Origin: Cyanobacteria bacterium J06626_4
GTDB lineage: Bacteria > Cyanobacteriota > Cyanobacteriia > Phormidesmidales > Phormidesmidaceae
Reading direction: 5' to 3'
Assembly: GCA_038523235.1 (NCBI GenBank)
Contig: JBCBJQ010000103.1
Span: 1 to 20,810, forward strand
Length of the DNA stretch: 20,810 nt
Shown: positions 8,098 through 16,852 of the stretch, in pieces
How positions within the stretch are numbered: position 1 is the stretch's first letter
How the letters are laid out: each line of letters begins with the position of its first letter
Program-made: the position numbers and the translations under genes
Notes under the pieces: generated by a model
Seen by the model: the letters and a program-made list of their open reading frames with translations, nothing else
What the model was told of the DNA's origin: nothing
Database searches by the model: none

Positions 8098-9570
8098 ATG
8101 CTGGCTTATGTCCTTGCCATCTTTATCGCTATTGGCAGCTTCAGTTTTTATATGGCGGCATTTTTTGTGCCCGAGATGCATCGTCGTCAAGACTTTGCCT
8201 GGAGCGGCCTGGGCATGTTTTATGCGGTGGTGCTGTGGTTTTGTGCGGGGCGTATCACTGGGGCTGTGCTCTTGGGGCAAACCGCTAGTGTGATGCTGCT
8301 CGGCTGGCTCGGCTGGCATACGCTAGAACTGCGCCGCGACCTCACTCCTGAGCCGGTGCGTACGCCCGTTACCTGGCAGGATTTGCAAGCCTGGGGACAA
8401 GGCATTCAGAAAGCCGTGAACCAGTATCTCAAGCTAGGGTCGTGGCTAACGGTGATCAAGGCAGCAGGGCAGGATGTGAGCGGGAGGATCGCTGATCTCC
8501 GCAATCGCACCGCTGGCCCCCGCGGTGAACCGTTAGGTGCTGACGTGCCGCCCTTGAAGCGATCGCCCGCTTACGAGTTTGAAACAGCAGTGGGTGAAGG
8601 TCAGCCGGTACCTTCTGAATTTGCGACCGTGCCGACGCGTAATCGAGAACCTGCCGATAGTCTTCGCGCTCAATCCACGCCGTTGTCAGCAATGCCGGAC
8701 TCGGAGGCGATCGCGGCAGACCTGGTGCCCCAGTCCGCTGGCGAATCTGATGTGGCCGCGACGGCGGGAAATGCGCCGGTGGCAGCGGCGGTCGATCAAC
8801 CGGTGACGTCTGGGCAGTCTGCTGCGTCTCAAAAACCGGGATCACCGGAGACCCCAGTGGCAAAGGCCGCTGAACCTGCTGCTCAGAGGTCTACACAACC
8901 GGCTTCGGGTAAGGCTCCAGCAGCGGTTGAACCCACTGCGAAACCAAATCTGGTTGTGCGGGCGGCGAACTGGTTGAGCCGGGGGAAGCCAGCTCGCCGC
9001 CCGCCGCAAACTCAGCGAGGGGTGATTGAGATTTCTCCGCGTCCGCCCTCGATACCGCGATCGCCTGCGACAGAAGCGACTCAACCGTCTGCTGCAAAGG
9101 CTCAGCGAGCTGATGCTGGCAAGGGACGCCGTGCGGCAAAAGCTTCTAGGGCCGTGATTGAGATTCCTCCGCGTCCGCCGTCGATACCGCGATCACCTCA
9201 GGGCGGTCAGCCTGAACCGGCCCCAACGGCATCTCAGAGGGCATCACAATCAGCCGGTGTTGGTCAGAGCAAAAACAATTTGAGGGGGCGAGCGCCGACT
9301 GGTCAGAGTGATCGACCAGACACCGCCGCTCGGGTGGAGGATACTCAGGGCGCGATCGCAGAAGATCTCAAGCCCACGGAGATCACTGCGGCATCGATCA
9401 ATCCACCCTCCTTGGCAGCTACGGACGCTAGCGGGTCTGAGTCCGGGAGTTCTACCGCTAATTCAGAAGCGCCGACTAGACCGGATGCCACTCGCGCCGC
9501 CGAGACGAACTGGCCTGATGAGGGCGAAACGAATTGGCCTGACGACGATGATACCAACTGGCCAAGTTAG
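8098..9570 (+). CDS. ycf66: Ycf66 family protein with a long disordered, repeat-containing C-terminal extension
   Basis: N-terminal MLAYVLAI.IAIGSF.FYMAAFFVPE.HRRQDF.WSGLGMFYAVVLWFCAGRITGAVLLGQ matches Ycf66_N; the rest is rich in P/A/S/Q. Confidence 0.85.
   Translation: MLAYVLAIFIAIGSFSFYMAAFFVPEMHRRQDFAWSGLGMFYAVVLWFCAGRITGAVLLGQTASVMLLGWLGWHTLELRRDLTPEPVRTPVTWQDLQAWGQGIQKAVNQYLKLGSWLTVIKAAGQDVSGRIADLRNRTAGPRGEPLGADVPPLKRSPAYEFETAVGEGQPVPSEFATVPTRNREPADSLRAQSTPLSAMPDSEAIAADLVPQSAGESDVAATAGNAPVAAAVDQPVTSGQSAASQKPGSPETPVAKAAEPAAQRSTQPASGKAPAAVEPTAKPNLVVRAANWLSRGKPARRPPQTQRGVIEISPRPPSIPRSPATEATQPSAAKAQRADAGKGRRAAKASRAVIEIPPRPPSIPRSPQGGQPEPAPTASQRASQSAGVGQSKNNLRGRAPTGQSDRPDTAARVEDTQGAIAEDLKPTEITAASINPPSLAATDASGSESGSSTANSEAPTRPDATRAAETNWPDEGETNWPDDDDTNWPS
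9022..9198 (+). repeat. Intragenic 45-bp duplication encoding VIEI(S/P)PRPPSIPRSP
   Basis: 9022-9066 and 9154-9198 match at 42/45 nt, both in frame. Confidence 0.9.
9502..9567 (+). repeat. Three tandem 24-bp units encoding (E/D)TNWP(D/S) at the Ycf66 C-terminus
   Basis: ETNWPDEG-ETNWPDDD-DTNWPS*; codons vary synonymously between copies. Confidence 0.85.
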
Positions 9571-9744
9571 GCGCGTTAGTTGGTGTCCGCGGGAGATTTT
9601 TTGGGGCGATCGCGCTCAAACTAACCGGTCTGGCCTACGCTAGAAAGAAGTCTTTTGACGGACCAAATTCCTTACCTTTGCTTGAAGGAATGGGCGCTGT
9701 GAGAGACGATTACTTCTGCGTAAAAATCACCTGTCTTGCCGACC

Positions 9745-12636
9745 GTGACTGACACCAAAAGCTACAAAGAGACGATTCTGCTGCCCAAGACGACCTTTGA
9801 GATGCGGGCGCATGCGATTAAGCGCGAGCCCGAACTGCAAGCCTTTTGGAATGAGCATCAAATTTACGAAACCCTGTCACAGCAGAATCCGGGTGAGATT
9901 TTTGTGCTGCACGATGGGCCGCCCTACGCCAACGGCAATCTGCACATGGGCCATGCGCTCAACAAAGTGCTCAAAGACATCATCAATAAATATCAGCTGT
10001 TGCAGGGGCGCAAGGTGCGCTACGTGCCGGGATGGGACTGTCATGGCCTACCCATTGAGCTAAAGGTGCTGCAAACACTAGATAAAGAAGAACGCAAGCA
10101 ATTGACCCCGCTGGTGCTGCGGCAAAAAGCCAAGGAATTCGCTCTGGAAACCCTTGATAACCAACGCCAGGGGTTTAAACGCTTTGGTGTATGGGGCGAT
10201 TGGGAGCATCCCTATGCGACGCTGCAGCCCGAATATGAGGCGGCGCAGCTAGACGTGTTTGGTCAGATGGTTGAAAAAGGCCATATCTATCGAGGGCTCA
10301 AACCGGTTTATTGGAGCCCCAGTTCCTTGACTGCCCTGGCGGAAGCAGAACTGGAGTATCCCGATAATCACGTTTCCCGCAGTGTCTATGTCGCCTTTAA
10401 GCTCACCCAACTATCGGAAGCAGCGGCGGCCAAAATTGGCGATTATCGCGATGACTTGGCCCTATCAATTTGGACGACGACACCGTGGACGTTGGTCTCT
10501 AATCAATTCACCCGTGGGGCTCCGACGCTCAAGTATGCTGTGGTTGAAGGCTTTCAGGCCATCCAGCCCCAGGCACCCAAATACGTTATTGTGGCGGCTG
10601 AGGCGGTCGAGCGATTGTCAAAGCTGTTCGACACCGAACTTGCGGTAAAAGCCACATTGACCGGTCAGGAACTGGCGGGCTCAACCTATCAGCATCCTCT
10701 CTTTGATCAGCAGAGTCCGGTCGTGGCTTCTGGCGAAGATATCACTGCCGACTCCGGTACGGGGTTAGTGCATAGTGCCCCGGCTCACGGCCCCGAAGAC
10801 TTTTTTGCGGCTCATGAGCACGGTATTAAGCCGGTTGTGCTGGTGGATGAGGCCGGTCGCTACACCGCTGGCACGGGCCAATTTGAAGGACTCAAGGTGC
10901 TGACAACAGGCACTGAAGCGGTCATTGCGGCCATTACTGAAAACGGCACCTTGCTCAAAGAAGATCCTTACGCCCACAGTTATCCCTACGACTGGCGGAC
11001 GAAAAAGCCGGTGATTTATCGGGCGACTGAGCAGTGGTTCGCCTCGGTGGCGGGCTTTCGTGACGAGGCTCTGGAGGCGATCGATGCCGTGGAATGGATT
11101 CCTGCCAGTGGTCAAAATCGCATCACCTCGATGGTGGTCGATCGCGCCGACTGGTGCATCTCGCGGCAGCGCAGCTGGGGTCTACCTATTCCGGCCTTCT
11201 ACGATGAGGCAACGGGTGAGCCGCTGATGAATCAGGAAACGATCGCCCATGTTCGCCAGATTTTTGCCGACCAGGGCTCCGATGCCTGGTGGCAATTGCC
11301 GGTGGCCGACCTGCTGCCTGCTAGCTATCGCGACAATGGGCGCACCTATCGTAAAGGCTATGACACGATGGATGTCTGGTTTGACTCGGGTTCCTCTTGG
11401 GCGGCGGTGGCTGACCAGCGCGACCAGCTGCACTATCCGGTCGAGCTGTATCTAGAAGGTTCGGATCAGCATCGCGGCTGGTTTCAGTCAAGCCTGCTGA
11501 CCAGCGTCGCGACCCACGGCTGTGCTCCTTACAAGACCGTCTTGACCCACGGCTTTGCCCTGGATGAGAACGGTCGCAAGATGAGCAAATCGCTGGGCAA
11601 TGTGATGGATCCTTACACCATCATTGAGGGGGGCAAAAATCAAAAGCAGGAACCGCCCTACGGCGCTGATGTGCTGCGGCTGTGGGTGTCTTCAGTGGAT
11701 TACTCTTCCGATGTGCCGATTGGCAAGACTATCCTCAAGCAGATGGCCGATGTGTCTCGCAAGATTCGCAATACGGCCCGGTTTTTGTTAGGCAATTTGC
11801 ATGACTTTGATCCGGCTACAGCAGAGATCGCCATTGATGAGCTGCCAGAGATCGATCGCTACATGTTGCACCGCATCACCGAGGTGTTTGACGAAGTCAC
11901 AGACGCTTTTAACACTTATCAGTTTTTCCGCTTCTTTCAAACGGTGCAAAACTTTTGCGTTGTTGATCTGTCGAACTTTTATCTAGACGCGGCGAAAGAT
12001 CGGCTCTACATCAGTGCTGCTGACTCGGCTCGTCGCCGCAGCTGTCAGACAGTGCTCGCCGTGATTATTGAGAATCTGGCGCGGGCAATCGCCCCGGTGC
12101 TCTGCCATATGGCAGAGGATATTTGGCAAAATCTGCCCTATCAGACCCCAACTAAATCGGTGTTTGAGTCGGGCTGGGTGCAGCTGGAAGCGAGCTGGCG
12201 GCAACCTCAGCTGGCGGCGAAATGGGAACAGTTGCGCACCGTGCGGCAGGAAGTGAATAAGGTTTTGGAGCAGGCGCGGGCTGAAAAAGCGATCGGCTCT
12301 TCGCTGGAAGCCAAGGTGCTGCTATATGTGGCGGATGTCGATTTGCGCCAAACTCTGAAGGCGATGAATCCGGCTGATGCCGTCGCGGCTGACAGCTTAC
12401 ATGTGGATGAACTCCGCTACTTGTTCTTGGTGTCTCAGGTGGACGTGTTAGATACGCCGGAGCAGCTGACGGCGGCTAAATACCGCAGTGAAGCGGACGA
12501 TATCGGTATTGGCGTCGTTGATACCGACGGTGAAAAATGCGGTCGCTGCTGGAACTATTCCACCCAGGTGGGACAGTCGGCGGAGCATCCCACCATCTGC
12601 GATCGCTGTGTGGATGCTCTCGCTGATCGATTCTAG
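9745..12636 (+). CDS. ileS: Isoleucine--tRNA ligase (type 1)
   Basis: HDGPPYANG.LHMGH, GWDCHGLPIE, WTTTPWT, DWCISRQR.WG, EGSDQHRGWF, KMSKS and a C-terminal CGRCW...CDRC zinc finger. Start is GTG 9745 or TTG 9736. Confidence 0.98.
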   Translation: MTDTKSYKETILLPKTTFEMRAHAIKREPELQAFWNEHQIYETLSQQNPGEIFVLHDGPPYANGNLHMGHALNKVLKDIINKYQLLQGRKVRYVPGWDCHGLPIELKVLQTLDKEERKQLTPLVLRQKAKEFALETLDNQRQGFKRFGVWGDWEHPYATLQPEYEAAQLDVFGQMVEKGHIYRGLKPVYWSPSSLTALAEAELEYPDNHVSRSVYVAFKLTQLSEAAAAKIGDYRDDLALSIWTTTPWTLVSNQFTRGAPTLKYAVVEGFQAIQPQAPKYVIVAAEAVERLSKLFDTELAVKATLTGQELAGSTYQHPLFDQQSPVVASGEDITADSGTGLVHSAPAHGPEDFFAAHEHGIKPVVLVDEAGRYTAGTGQFEGLKVLTTGTEAVIAAITENGTLLKEDPYAHSYPYDWRTKKPVIYRATEQWFASVAGFRDEALEAIDAVEWIPASGQNRITSMVVDRADWCISRQRSWGLPIPAFYDEATGEPLMNQETIAHVRQIFADQGSDAWWQLPVADLLPASYRDNGRTYRKGYDTMDVWFDSGSSWAAVADQRDQLHYPVELYLEGSDQHRGWFQSSLLTSVATHGCAPYKTVLTHGFALDENGRKMSKSLGNVMDPYTIIEGGKNQKQEPPYGADVLRLWVSSVDYSSDVPIGKTILKQMADVSRKIRNTARFLLGNLHDFDPATAEIAIDELPEIDRYMLHRITEVFDEVTDAFNTYQFFRFFQTVQNFCVVDLSNFYLDAAKDRLYISAADSARRRSCQTVLAVIIENLARAIAPVLCHMAEDIWQNLPYQTPTKSVFESGWVQLEASWRQPQLAAKWEQLRTVRQEVNKVLEQARAEKAIGSSLEAKVLLYVADVDLRQTLKAMNPADAVAADSLHVDELRYLFLVSQVDVLDTPEQLTAAKYRSEADDIGIGVVDTDGEKCGRCWNYSTQVGQSAEHPTICDRCVDALADRF

Positions 12637-12681
12637 AGTTGACGACAGACGACAACAGAACCTTTCTGGGAATTGCTGGCT

Positions 12682-12712
12682 GGGTTGGGAAACAATGGCG
12701 CTTTCCCAACCC
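12682..12712. terminator. Hairpin between convergent ileS and bioU (probable bidirectional 3'-end structure)
   Basis: Perfect 11-bp inverted repeat GGGTTGGGAAA-N9-TTTCCCAACCC, with an outer pair GAACCTT (12658)/AAGGTTC (12717). No U-tract. Confidence 0.55.
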
Positions 12713-12732
12713 GCTGAAGGTTCGTATCGTGT

Positions 12733-13755
12733 TCAACGCACAAACTGCGGCATGATTTCTGCTGCCGTATAGAGGCCGTGCTGTCCTCTTTGGTGCAATG
12801 CCACCCCAGCTTTGAGATAGCCAAAGGCGGGGCCGCAGACATTCGCGGCCATGCTGGTTTCATCTCCCAGTGTGAACGTGTGGGTCGCCAGCTTGCCTTC
12901 AAACGTACGCCCCGTCACTTGAACATTGGTGCTCAGCGGTTTCTTCGCGTTGCGAGTATCGACAATGCCACCCACGGTTACCTGATCGCGATCGCAGATG
13001 CCTGCGAGTTCCAACATGAGGTCATCAGCATGCTCCATATTCTCCAACGCTAAAATGCCGTCGGTGCGATCAAGCAGGGTGGCTACTTCTTCATCGGTCA
13101 TAGCCCGCGCCGAGTCCACATCGTAGTCAGGCATATGGGCAATATCTTCGCGAATGGTGGCGCGATAGGCTTCCCAGTTGGCGATGCCGACGCCAAAGGT
13201 GATTTTGACACTGTGAACCTCGGTATAGCTCTGGGCTGCAATCGCGGCAGCGGCGGTCAATAAGCCTGGGGTGGCCCCGCAGCCAGTCATGTAGGTAATC
13301 CCTGCCGCTTGTAGGTCAGCTCTCAAGGCCCAAATTTGCTCCATGGCACTAGTGCGCTTCAGGGCGTCGACCAAGACCCCCTGCCAGCCCGATTCAATAA
13401 ATTGCCGCACCACTGACGCCATGAAGGTATTGGGTAGGTTCGGCAGCGCTAAAAAGTATCCCTGCACAGCGGGGGCCGACGTTACCAGATCGGGGATGCT
13501 GTGTTGGCTGAGCACGCCCCCCGGCTCGACATAACCAATCGACCCGCGATCGCGATAGGTGGCGATACAGGCTTGGGGTTCTAATCCCGTTGGGGAGTAG
13601 ACGTAGCCTTGCTTATCAGCGGCGGCTACCACGACCATTTCTGCTTTTGGGGCCAGTACGCGAGTGGCCGCTTGCCCCAGCCCGCCAAAGCCGAGAACCC
13701 CAACCGCAATGGGGGATGCTGGACGCAGGTCTTGAGAATCCATAGGGTTATCCAT
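12733..13755 (-). CDS. bioU: BioU, cyanobacterial suicide enzyme that replaces BioA in biotin synthesis
   Basis: Rossmann motif [31 protein letters not shown] (substrate Lys), [15 protein letters not shown] and [17 protein letters not shown] match BioU as recalled. Alternative starts 13764 and 13743. Confidence 0.92.
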   Translation of the reverse strand: MDNPMDSQDLRPASPIAVGVLGFGGLGQAATRVLAPKAEMVVVAAADKQGYVYSPTGLEPQACIATYRDRGSIGYVEPGGVLSQHSIPDLVTSAPAVQGYFLALPNLPNTFMASVVRQFIESGWQGVLVDALKRTSAMEQIWALRADLQAAGITYMTGCGATPGLLTAAAAIAAQSYTEVHSVKITFGVGIANWEAYRATIREDIAHMPDYDVDSARAMTDEEVATLLDRTDGILALENMEHADDLMLELAGICDRDQVTVGGIVDTRNAKKPLSTNVQVTGRTFEGKLATHTFTLGDETSMAANVCGPAFGYLKAGVALHQRGQHGLYTAAEIMPQFVR

Positions 13756-14076
13756 TGATATCACAGTCCACTATTATCGGCTGATCTGGTCGCCGCCAAG
13801 CAGGTAATCCGCTTGGTGATCGCTGATTCAGGAGAAGCTTACATGTACAAGCATGAAGATTTACGAAGAGATGTCGGGTGAGCGGCCCAAAAACCAGGGT
13901 TTTGGAGCCTCTCTGAGGCGCGATAGGTTGACGGTTCTAGCCAACTTACGTAACACTAAAACCTAGTTTGGAGCGAACGCTCCTATCATCAATAACTTGC
14001 ATAAACTTTTGCGATGAGATGGTTGAGTATCTTTCGAGAATGCTCGGTAGGATAAGGTTAGTTAAATCTTGATCCC

Positions 14077-14120
14077 TACAATTTGATATCAGGCTCCTTC
14101 GAGCCTTTACCCGAGAGCCT
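14077..14120 (+). promoter_or_regulatory. Putative -10 element and structured leader of the DUF2997-ycf35-ferredoxin operon
   Basis: TACAAT at 14077-14082, then hairpin AGGCTC-CTTC-GAGCCT (14091-14106). Confidence 0.45.
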
Positions 14121-14339
14121 ATGGAAACCTTGGAGTTCATCATCTATCCCGACGGTCGTGTCAAAGAGATGGTGACTGGCGTCGTAGGGCGCTCCTGTGA
14201 AGAGGTGACCCGCAAAATTGAGGAACAGCTGGGCAATGTCGTCAGTCGTGAAAGTACATCTGAGTACTATGCCCAATCGGTTCAACAAACGGCGTCAACA
14301 GAAACTCAGAACCAGGTTTCTCATAGTGATTGGGGTTAG
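14121..14339 (+). CDS. DUF2997 domain-containing protein
   Basis: METLEFIIYPDGRVKE.VTGVVG.SC.EVT..IE.QLG.V...E.TSEYY family pattern; directly upstream of ycf35. Confidence 0.88.
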   Translation: METLEFIIYPDGRVKEMVTGVVGRSCEEVTRKIEEQLGNVVSRESTSEYYAQSVQQTASTETQNQVSHSDWG

Positions 14340-14366
14340 TTCAACGGTTGTTTAAGCACGGTTAAC

Positions 14367-14756
14367 ATGTCGCACTTTAGCCAAATCCGCACTAAAATCC
14401 GCAACCTTGCTGCCTTGCAAGCTGCCCTCACCGATCTTTCCATTGATTGGCAACCAGGTCCTTCGCCAGTTCGAGGCTATCAAGGTTTAACCGAAACCGC
14501 TGAAGTTGTTATTGAGCAGCCTAATGGGTTTGACATTGGGTTTCGCCTCAACCCAGATACTAAAGATTATGAGTTGGTTGCTGATCTGCAGTACTGGCAG
14601 CAACCCCTTTCCGTCGATGGTTTCGTCAACCAGATCAGCCAGCGCTACGCCATCAACACCGTTTTGACCGCGACTGCTAACGAAGGTTTTCAGGTGGCTG
14701 AGCAACAGACGACTGCCGAGGGGGCTGTTCGTTTAGTCGTTCAGCGTTGGTCGTAA
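14367..14756 (+). CDS. ycf35: Ycf35 / DUF1257 domain-containing protein
   Basis: MSHFSQIRT.IR.L..L..AL, VRGY.G, DIGF, YELVADLQYWQQ, QRYA, EGF and LVVQRW motifs. Confidence 0.9.
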   Translation: MSHFSQIRTKIRNLAALQAALTDLSIDWQPGPSPVRGYQGLTETAEVVIEQPNGFDIGFRLNPDTKDYELVADLQYWQQPLSVDGFVNQISQRYAINTVLTATANEGFQVAEQQTTAEGAVRLVVQRWS

Positions 14757-14899
14757 GAGATTTTTCAGAAGGAATATTCCTTTTGTTGGGTGCCGTACAG
14801 CTCTTCCGGCATTGCTTTGTTAGAGCCGTAGAAGGCACCCTTCAAGCTGAGCTTCATTGTCAGAAATCGCCTTAGTCGTCGCAAGAGGGGAACACAATC

Positions 14900-15379
14900 G
14901 TGCCCCAGAATTTTGAAGATGCGTCTCTAGATGTCGACAGTCATAACTCGGCGGCTCCGACCGGCTTCGAGCCAGAGCTCGGGGGTGATTTGAGAGGCGC
15001 TGAAGATCGCACTGGTTTTGAGCCAGAATTGGGTGGTGCTTTCCGACAAAAGGGCGTTTATGTTGATGAGCTGACCTGTATCGGCTGTTGCCACTGCGCC
15101 CATGTGGCCCGCAGCACTTTTTACATTGAGCCCGATTACGGGCGGGCGCGAGCCATTCGACAAGATGGCGACAGCGAAGCCGTCATTCAAGAAGCGATTG
15201 ATACTTGCCCCGTTGATTGCATTCATTGGGTCGATTACACAGAACTAAAGCAGCTCGAGAAGGAACGCCAAACGCAGGTGATTCCCGTGGCTGGGTTTCC
15301 AGTTGATAAGGCGATGGCTCGAATTGAACAGCGCAAGCGGATGAAGCGCCGCCTTAGAACTCAGGAAAAACCTTCCTAA
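14900..15379 (+). CDS. Ferredoxin, [4Fe-4S] type, similar to Synechocystis Fed7 and plastid DnaJ-Fer ferredoxin domains
   Basis: VYVDE.TCIGC.HCAHVA..TFYIE.DYGRAR...QDGD.E..IQEAIDTCPVDCIHWV; GAGGGG RBS before the GTG. Confidence 0.9.
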   Translation: MPQNFEDASLDVDSHNSAAPTGFEPELGGDLRGAEDRTGFEPELGGAFRQKGVYVDELTCIGCCHCAHVARSTFYIEPDYGRARAIRQDGDSEAVIQEAIDTCPVDCIHWVDYTELKQLEKERQTQVIPVAGFPVDKAMARIEQRKRMKRRLRTQEKPS

Positions 15380-16010
15380 AGTTCCTTCAGGGTCTGTTGG
15401 GAGCATTGCCTGACGAACTGTAACGGGTTGGCTTTGGTGTTCGAGTAAATGTCATCAGTCAACGCCTCCAAACTCTACGGTGAGGCCTGATCGAATCCCC
15501 GCCCACCTCATCAATTGGACGCTGTGTCCTATATTCAACAAGTGACACACCATCTCTAACGATGGCAAACCCCAGTCAATAATGTTTGCACCAGCGGGTT
15601 TGCCATCGCGACAGAGTCGGCTAAGTCCGTTTTGGGCTATGGGGTGCGAAAGCAATGAGGCATGAGGGTTTTATGACTCGTTGAGCAGCTTTTGCTGTCT
15701 GGGCTGATCAGGTGGTGCTTGCGAAGCAACTGCGGACTCGAAGCGAGTCCGCCAAATTCTGCGTTTTTAGTTTGGTAAATCTAATCTCTTGGCGAGGCTA
15801 ACGGAAGCGACGGAGAGCCTTGAGAGTCTTGGCAATCTGATGGCGTGGTCGCTAAAGCAGGCGATCGCGCCTGAATTTCGCCAGATGGTTGCGAAAGCTT
15901 TACACTGGTCTAAAGAAAACTTTGCGGTTTTAATAATTTTAAGCAGTTTGTATTAATGCTTTTCAAGCCGTAATGCAATACTCTTTAATCTAAGCAGAGT
16001 GGTTTGAATA

Positions 16011-16715
16011 ATGCCTCGCATCCTTGTTATTGACGATGACCCGTCTATTTCTGAGCTTGTCTCGGTCAACCTTGAGATGGCTGGCTACGATGTTAGCCAA
16101 GCCAGTGATGGCATTAAGGGCCAAGCGCTGGCAGTACAGCTGTTGCCAGACCTGATTATGCTCGACTTAATGTTGCCTAAGGTCGATGGTCTAACCGTGT
16201 GTCAGCGGCTGCGTCGGGATAGTCGAACGGCGGAAGTGCCGGTTTTGATGCTGACGGCACTGGGGCAAACCCAAGATAAAGTCGATGGCTTTAATGCTGG
16301 AGCCGATGACTATCTCACTAAACCCTTTGAGCTAGAAGAGATGCTGGCTCGTGTGCGCGCGTTGCTCCGCCGCACCGATCGCATCCCTCAGGCGGCGAAA
16401 CACAGCGAAATCCTGAATTACGGGCCGCTGACGCTGATTCCCGAACGCTTTGAAGCTCTGTGGTTTGACGACACGGTTAAGTTGACTCATCTAGAATTTG
16501 AGCTGCTGCACTGCCTGCTGCAGCGGCATGGGCAAACGGTGTCGCCGAGCGAGATTCTCAAAGAAGTTTGGGGCTATGATCCTAACGATGATATCGAAAC
16601 GATTCGGGTGCATGTACGCCACCTGCGCACCAAGATTGAGCCCGATCCGCGTCATCCGAAATATATTAAGACGGTTTACGGAGCAGGTTACTGCCTCGAA
16701 TTGCCGGGTGACTAG
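16011..16715 (+). CDS. rpaA: OmpR-family response regulator RpaA (circadian output regulator)
   Basis: Receiver domain (IDDD, MLDLMLP, MLTA, TKPF) plus RpaA-typical [31 protein letters not shown] and [32 protein letters not shown]. Confidence 0.95.
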   Translation: MPRILVIDDDPSISELVSVNLEMAGYDVSQASDGIKGQALAVQLLPDLIMLDLMLPKVDGLTVCQRLRRDSRTAEVPVLMLTALGQTQDKVDGFNAGADDYLTKPFELEEMLARVRALLRRTDRIPQAAKHSEILNYGPLTLIPERFEALWFDDTVKLTHLEFELLHCLLQRHGQTVSPSEILKEVWGYDPNDDIETIRVHVRHLRTKIEPDPRHPKYIKTVYGAGYCLELPGD

Positions 16716-16852
16716 GAGACTGCCCCGTCAAGTTGCAGGCTCTTGTTGTTTTCGGGGACAGTCAGTCCTGCAAAGCATCCCTACTTTTCAAGACTGACTA
16801 CGTTGGCTTGATCGCACAAGGGACCGTTTTGACCTGATGATTGAGCAGATTT

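Noticed and set aside
9571..9744. T-box or other leader riboswitch before ileS; CAAD membrane-anchor insertion in IleRS
   Set aside because: No T-box sequence or terminator/antiterminator is visible, and IleRS has no hydrophobic insertion.
12641..12654. GACGACA repeated twice, STRR-like heptamer
   Set aside because: Only two copies; not significant.
15455..15655. 66-aa minus-strand ORF with IIDWGLPSL, loosely like a receiver-domain ILDWMLPGL segment
   Set aside because: The similarity is short, no other receiver motifs flank it, and the start is weak; probably chance.
15970..15981. GTA-N6-TAC upstream of rpaA (and GTA-N10-TAC near 7093) as NtcA sites
   Set aside because: The spacing does not match GTA-N8-TAC.
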